A stretch of DNA of 64,000 nt from Amoebophrya sp. A120 (Eukaryota > Protista > Dinoflagellata). The stretch is taken from the NCBI GenBank assembly GCA_905178155.1, contig CAJINV010000003.1, positions 4,933,863-4,997,862 on the forward strand, given 5' to 3'. Under the pieces are notes generated by a model. That model saw only the letters and a program-made list of their open reading frames with translations. It was not told the origin of the DNA and did not search any database. The position numbers and the translations under genes were made by a program. Numbering within the stretch: the stretch's first letter is position 1; each line of letters starts with the position of its first letter. Of the stretch, positions 60,400 to 64,000 are shown in pieces.

Positions 60400-62550
60400 T
60401 CATGATGTCTGTGCCAGAAAATCTACAAGGGCGGCTTCAATGGCATCATCCACATTGTAATTCTTGTCTTTGAAAATGCGCCACAGCTCTGCTTCATTCG
60501 CAAGCGTTACCACTTTCTGAGGGTTTTCCGGAAGGCAGTCCTGCAGCTGCGTATGGAAGTCCTGGAAAGCCCCAAGATGCGGATTCTCTGCTTCAACATT
60601 CTGCTGCTGCGCTACGCCTCCTCCAGTTGCGCCGTTTGAAAGCGAAATACCGCCTCCGGCACTCAGTAGCTTGCGGACCTGGCTGAGGTTCAGCTGAGCC
60701 CCGCTGCCGGATTGTCCTCCGCCTGGTCCTGGTGCGGGCACGACTAAATTGTAGTGCTCCCCCCCTATGTAGGCCAGAAGTACGCAGGTCCCCGCAGATT
60801 TTTTTCTTGAACTCGCCAACGACTGCTCCCGCTTCGTTCTCAGCTCGGCGGCCCTACTAGCTGCGGCGGCACGCTTTTTTGCTGCTTGATGCAGCGTTTC
60901 CTTCTTCTCAGTTGCGAGAGGTCGCGCATCGCCAACTTTTACCGCTTCTTTGGTTTGTCCTTCTTCAGTTGTAACCCCCCGTATTTGTGATGTGGCATCT
61001 TCTTCGCCACTTGCTGCGGACTCCACGTTGCCCCCGAGCTCTTCGAAAGAAACGATGTGCAAATCGGAATCTTCTTGTTCGGAACGAACAGCAGCTTCGT
61101 CGTTTTCAACAAAAACCTCCTTTGGCGTACTGCCACCTGGCGTCTGCCCTTCGTGTGGCGTCTCGACGTGGTGAGTTGGGCACTCGATCTCGTAGAACGT
61201 GAACGAATATTCATCAGAGATGCTGCCCGCGGTGCTGCCTCCAGGAGCATTTTTCCGCGGGGTTGCGGCCGTCTCCCCCGCCGTACTGCGCTGAAAAATG
61301 AGTACGTCGACCGCAAAGTACCGACACAGAGCCAGAATCTCGAGCTGTCCGGCCCAAACGCCCTCCTCGCGCATGTTCGCCACGTAGTGCGCGTAGCTGC
61401 CGTCCGTCTATCGAAAGGAAAAATCCCCCCTCCCCATATCGAAAACGAAATTTGTGATGCTGTATTTGAGGTCACAAAACGACTTGTCATGCTAGAAGGC
61501 CAAGAGCCGCAGTCGTGGCCTCGTTTGCAGGCAATTTGTCATGCTGTTTCCCGCTCTCAGCTGCCTCCTATCATGCTGAAGATGCAAGGCTTGACCACGG
61601 CACCCAGCACTACAGTCCGTATCTTTTCCCGTGTAGCATGACAGAGCTGATTTGTGACAACAAATCTGCATCACAGATTTCCGTTTTGATATGGGGAGGG
61701 GGAATTTTCCTTTTGATACCGTCTCTTCGTCGAGGAACCACCGATACTCTTCCTCATGGGCGAGGAGCGTGTCGCAGCAGAAATTCCTGCAATCGCCGTG
61801 GAACACTGCGGCATTTCTGAAAACGTGCTGCGCGAAGGAGCGGAACAGGCAGTTGCCGTCTTATCAAATGTAAAAATGTCTCGGTCTGGAAGAATGCGCG
61901 ATTTGTCATGCAGCTTTTCCATGACCCATGAGGTCTGGAATGCAGGACCTAGCATGACAGATTCTCTGAGGTCTCTATCATGCCTTTCCTGCATGAAAAA
62001 CTCCATCTCAACTTGGTCAAAAGTGGACACCTTTTGGTACTCACGCAACACAGATTTTTGCATCATTCAGATTTAGCATGACAAGTTGGATTCTTCCAGA
62101 AGCAGACATTTTTACACTTGATACGTCTTCCGCCTGTCCGATCATCTGCAGGCCGCGGTCGCCCAGGTAGGCTGTATCAAATGTAAAAATGTCTGGGTCT
62201 GGAAGATTCTGACACTTGTGATGCACGTTTTGCATGAGCCATGATGTCTGTGATGCATACCCTAGGAATACAGATTTCTTGAGGGCTTCTTGATGCCTAT
62301 TCCGCATGACAAATGCCTTCTCAGCGTAGCAAAAATTGCATTCCCGTTGGTAATCATGCAATACAGATTTTTTTGGAATCCAAATGCAGCATCACAAGTT
62401 GCATTCTTCCAGACCCAGACATTTTTACATTTGATAGGCTGACAAAGCGCGCAACTCCGCCTCAGACGCGGTCTCGCCGCGCTTCCGGCGCTGTCGATTT
62501 TCCTTGCGTTGTTTACGTGATCGCCCATTCTGCTGCCTGCCTCCACCCAT
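60400..62550 (-). CDS. OTU-family deubiquitinase (OTUD3-like) with a possible C-terminal UBA/CUE-like domain, interrupted by three TIR elements
   Basis: Reconstructed MGGGRQQ...ALSA|YLGDRGLQMIGQAED|GNCLFRSFAQHV...FLDEET|DGSYAHYVANMREEGVWAGQLEILAL...LAYIGGEHYNLV, which contains the Cys-box, the W-G-x-x-E helix and the His-box. Confidence 0.92.
61409..61718. mobile_element. TIR family E element (310 bp)
   Basis: About 52-bp imperfect TIR TATCGAAAGGAAAAATCCCCCCTCCCCATATCGAAAACGAAATTTGTGATGC. Perfect TSD CCGTC at 61404-61408 and 61719-61723. Confidence 0.95.
61862..62123. mobile_element. Family A element (262 bp)
   Basis: TIR TATCAAATGTAAAAATGTCTCGGTCTGGAAGAAT / ATTCTTCCAGAAGCAGACATTTTTACACTTGATA. 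Perfect TSD CGTCT at 61857-61861 and 62124-62128. The interior is collinear with 57611-57873. Confidence 0.95.
62175..62436. mobile_element. Family A element (262 bp)
   Basis: Perfect 32-bp TIR TATCAAATGTAAAAATGTCTGGGTCTGGAAGA. Perfect TSD GGCTG at 62170-62174 and 62437-62441. Confidence 0.96.
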
Positions 62551-63177
62551 ACTGTGCGGGTTTATGAATGTTGTATCCCTTGTTCTATTGGTACTTCCTT
62601 CATGGGAGCAGGGGGACACAGTAGCGAAACAGACGGAACGATGTGTACACTGTGTGGAAAATGACTTGCTACTTCCTGGACGTTCTTCTACAACGTAGAT
62701 CTAGAGTCAATCGCAGCTCTCCAAGCTGTTCGGGAGTTGATCTTCATCGAGCATCGCTGCTGCATTTTGTGCGAGTCAGACCTTTGAACTCGTCACTATC
62801 AGTGGTGATAGGGATCATGATGGATCATTGCACCGAATGAACTGCGACAAAATTTCTACTGAACTAGTGACTCGGCTTTTCGCGATAGACCAGCCGGCGA
62901 CATCCCCTTTCTGAAAAACCCACTTGTTTTTTATTTCTTGTTCGTCCCGTCATTTGATGACAAATCGCGTATATGACAAAGTGCGTACGATTTCAGTATC
63001 TTCGATAATCTAGAAAACATATGGCTTATTTCCTTGGTAATTATTGACCAAACCTGCACGCGAGCGATCACGTGTGCGTGTGCTATTGATAGTTGCGAAA
63101 TGAGATGACCAAGAGATGAGTGAGCAGTGTGCTATACTTACCACTTTAACGTTCCGACCTCAGGAGCGCCCGGCCGA

Positions 63178-64000
63178 CTAAAGGAGCGTTCGAGCTGACC
63201 GAAGCTTTCCGCGGATGAGCGACAGCTCTTTCTCGACGTCAAGGAGCCTGGCTTCCGCTTGCTGCTTGTTTTTGCGGTCGGTCAGCGTCCGCCCCGCTGA
63301 ATTCGTGGGATACTTCATCAACGTGGCTTCCAGTGCTGTTCGCTCCTGGTTCAGCTCCATCATTTTTCCCTCGAGCTGCGCCGTCTGATGTTGATTTCAT
63401 TGACAAACAATGCGGTGCCCCAGCAGACCAGGCATGTGTATCAGGAGGAACAGAGAGCTTCATACCTAACTCTGAACGACTCTACCATTGAGCAATAGCA
63501 AAGGAAAAATGGACCGGAACCGGTGTGTAAAGCAATAGGATGGCTCTTCTATCGTCTTCGTTAGTAACCTAGCAATGAAGTGATCATTACGTCGATAACG
63601 GGAGCTGCCTTGAAGTTACTTCTCGAAACTTGGGTGTTGTCGTGGATGTCTTGCATCTCGAACACCCGCCCATAAGGTCCCAAGTGCTCTTCCTTTCCCG
63701 CTTGCGTGGCACCCGGACTCGAGGAGCGCGCGCGACTGATAAACGGTGAGCTTCCCCCAGCCGGCTTTTCAGGCCTACCGCGACCCGTCCCAGGAACTGG
63801 ATCAGCTGTTTGTAGTAAGGTGACAATTGTATCCATGTCCACGCAGCGAAAGTGACACGTACAACATGAATCATAACTGCAGGTGCAATAAATTCATCCG
63901 ATGGGAAGATACAGCTCACGAGCAGCACTAGTACCGTAGTCGCTGCCGTAAAGTGTGTTCCAGTCTCCCGAGAGCTTTTCAGGCTGCGATTCGCCTGAAA
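63178..64000 (-). CDS. 3' end of a multi-exon gene with a C-terminal coiled coil (enkurin/MPHOSPH9-like C-terminus)
   Basis: LEATLMKYPTNSAGRTLTDRKNKQQAEARLLDVEKELSLIRGKLR, an upstream exon near 63600-63840, and continuation past the window end. Confidence 0.5.

Noticed and set aside
61862-62436. A single composite transposon spanning two family A copies
   Set aside because: Each copy has its own perfect TSD, the outer flanks differ, and the intervening 51 bp encode an in-frame part of the OTU domain.
57611-62436. Recurrent peptides such as ANMSGSGR, KNVWVWK and LPDPDIF in the ORF track as a protein repeat family or transposase
   Set aside because: They are translations of the family A TIR. 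The elements are too short and stop-ridden to encode a transposase.
62941-62990. Two ATGACAAA motifs upstream of the OTU gene as another element
   Set aside because: No TIR pair or TSD could be found around them.

Overview
This is gene-dense eukaryotic DNA. All ~22 recognisable genes lie on the minus strand, a layout typical of dinoflagellates; it fits the Syndiniales parasite Amoebophrya, but that assignment is inferred. Recognisable products are a voltage-gated K+ channel, tubulin-folding cofactor B, a SET-domain protein, a RING-H2 E3 ligase, a matrin-type zinc-finger protein, a cold-shock-domain protein, an IQCH-like protein and an OTU deubiquitinase. The main signal is 12 short (209-310 bp) non-coding elements, all inside coding sequence, three in each of four genes. 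They have TAT...ATA ends (one decayed), 30-58 bp terminal inverted repeats (TIRs) of five sequence types, and 5-bp target-site duplications (TSDs; nine perfect). Removing an element plus one TSD copy restores the reading frame every time, including the OTU catalytic DGNC motif, yet 7 of the 9 intact ones cannot give GT-AG or GC-AG ends. One family occurs with its interior in both orientations relative to transcription. All families share a TGTSATGC octamer, often spaced at near-helical intervals. These look like transposon-derived non-canonical introns (introners) removed by a symmetric, TIR-guided mechanism. Ordinary GT-AG introns coexist in the same window. All alignments were done by eye, and exon limits of hypothetical genes are approximate.
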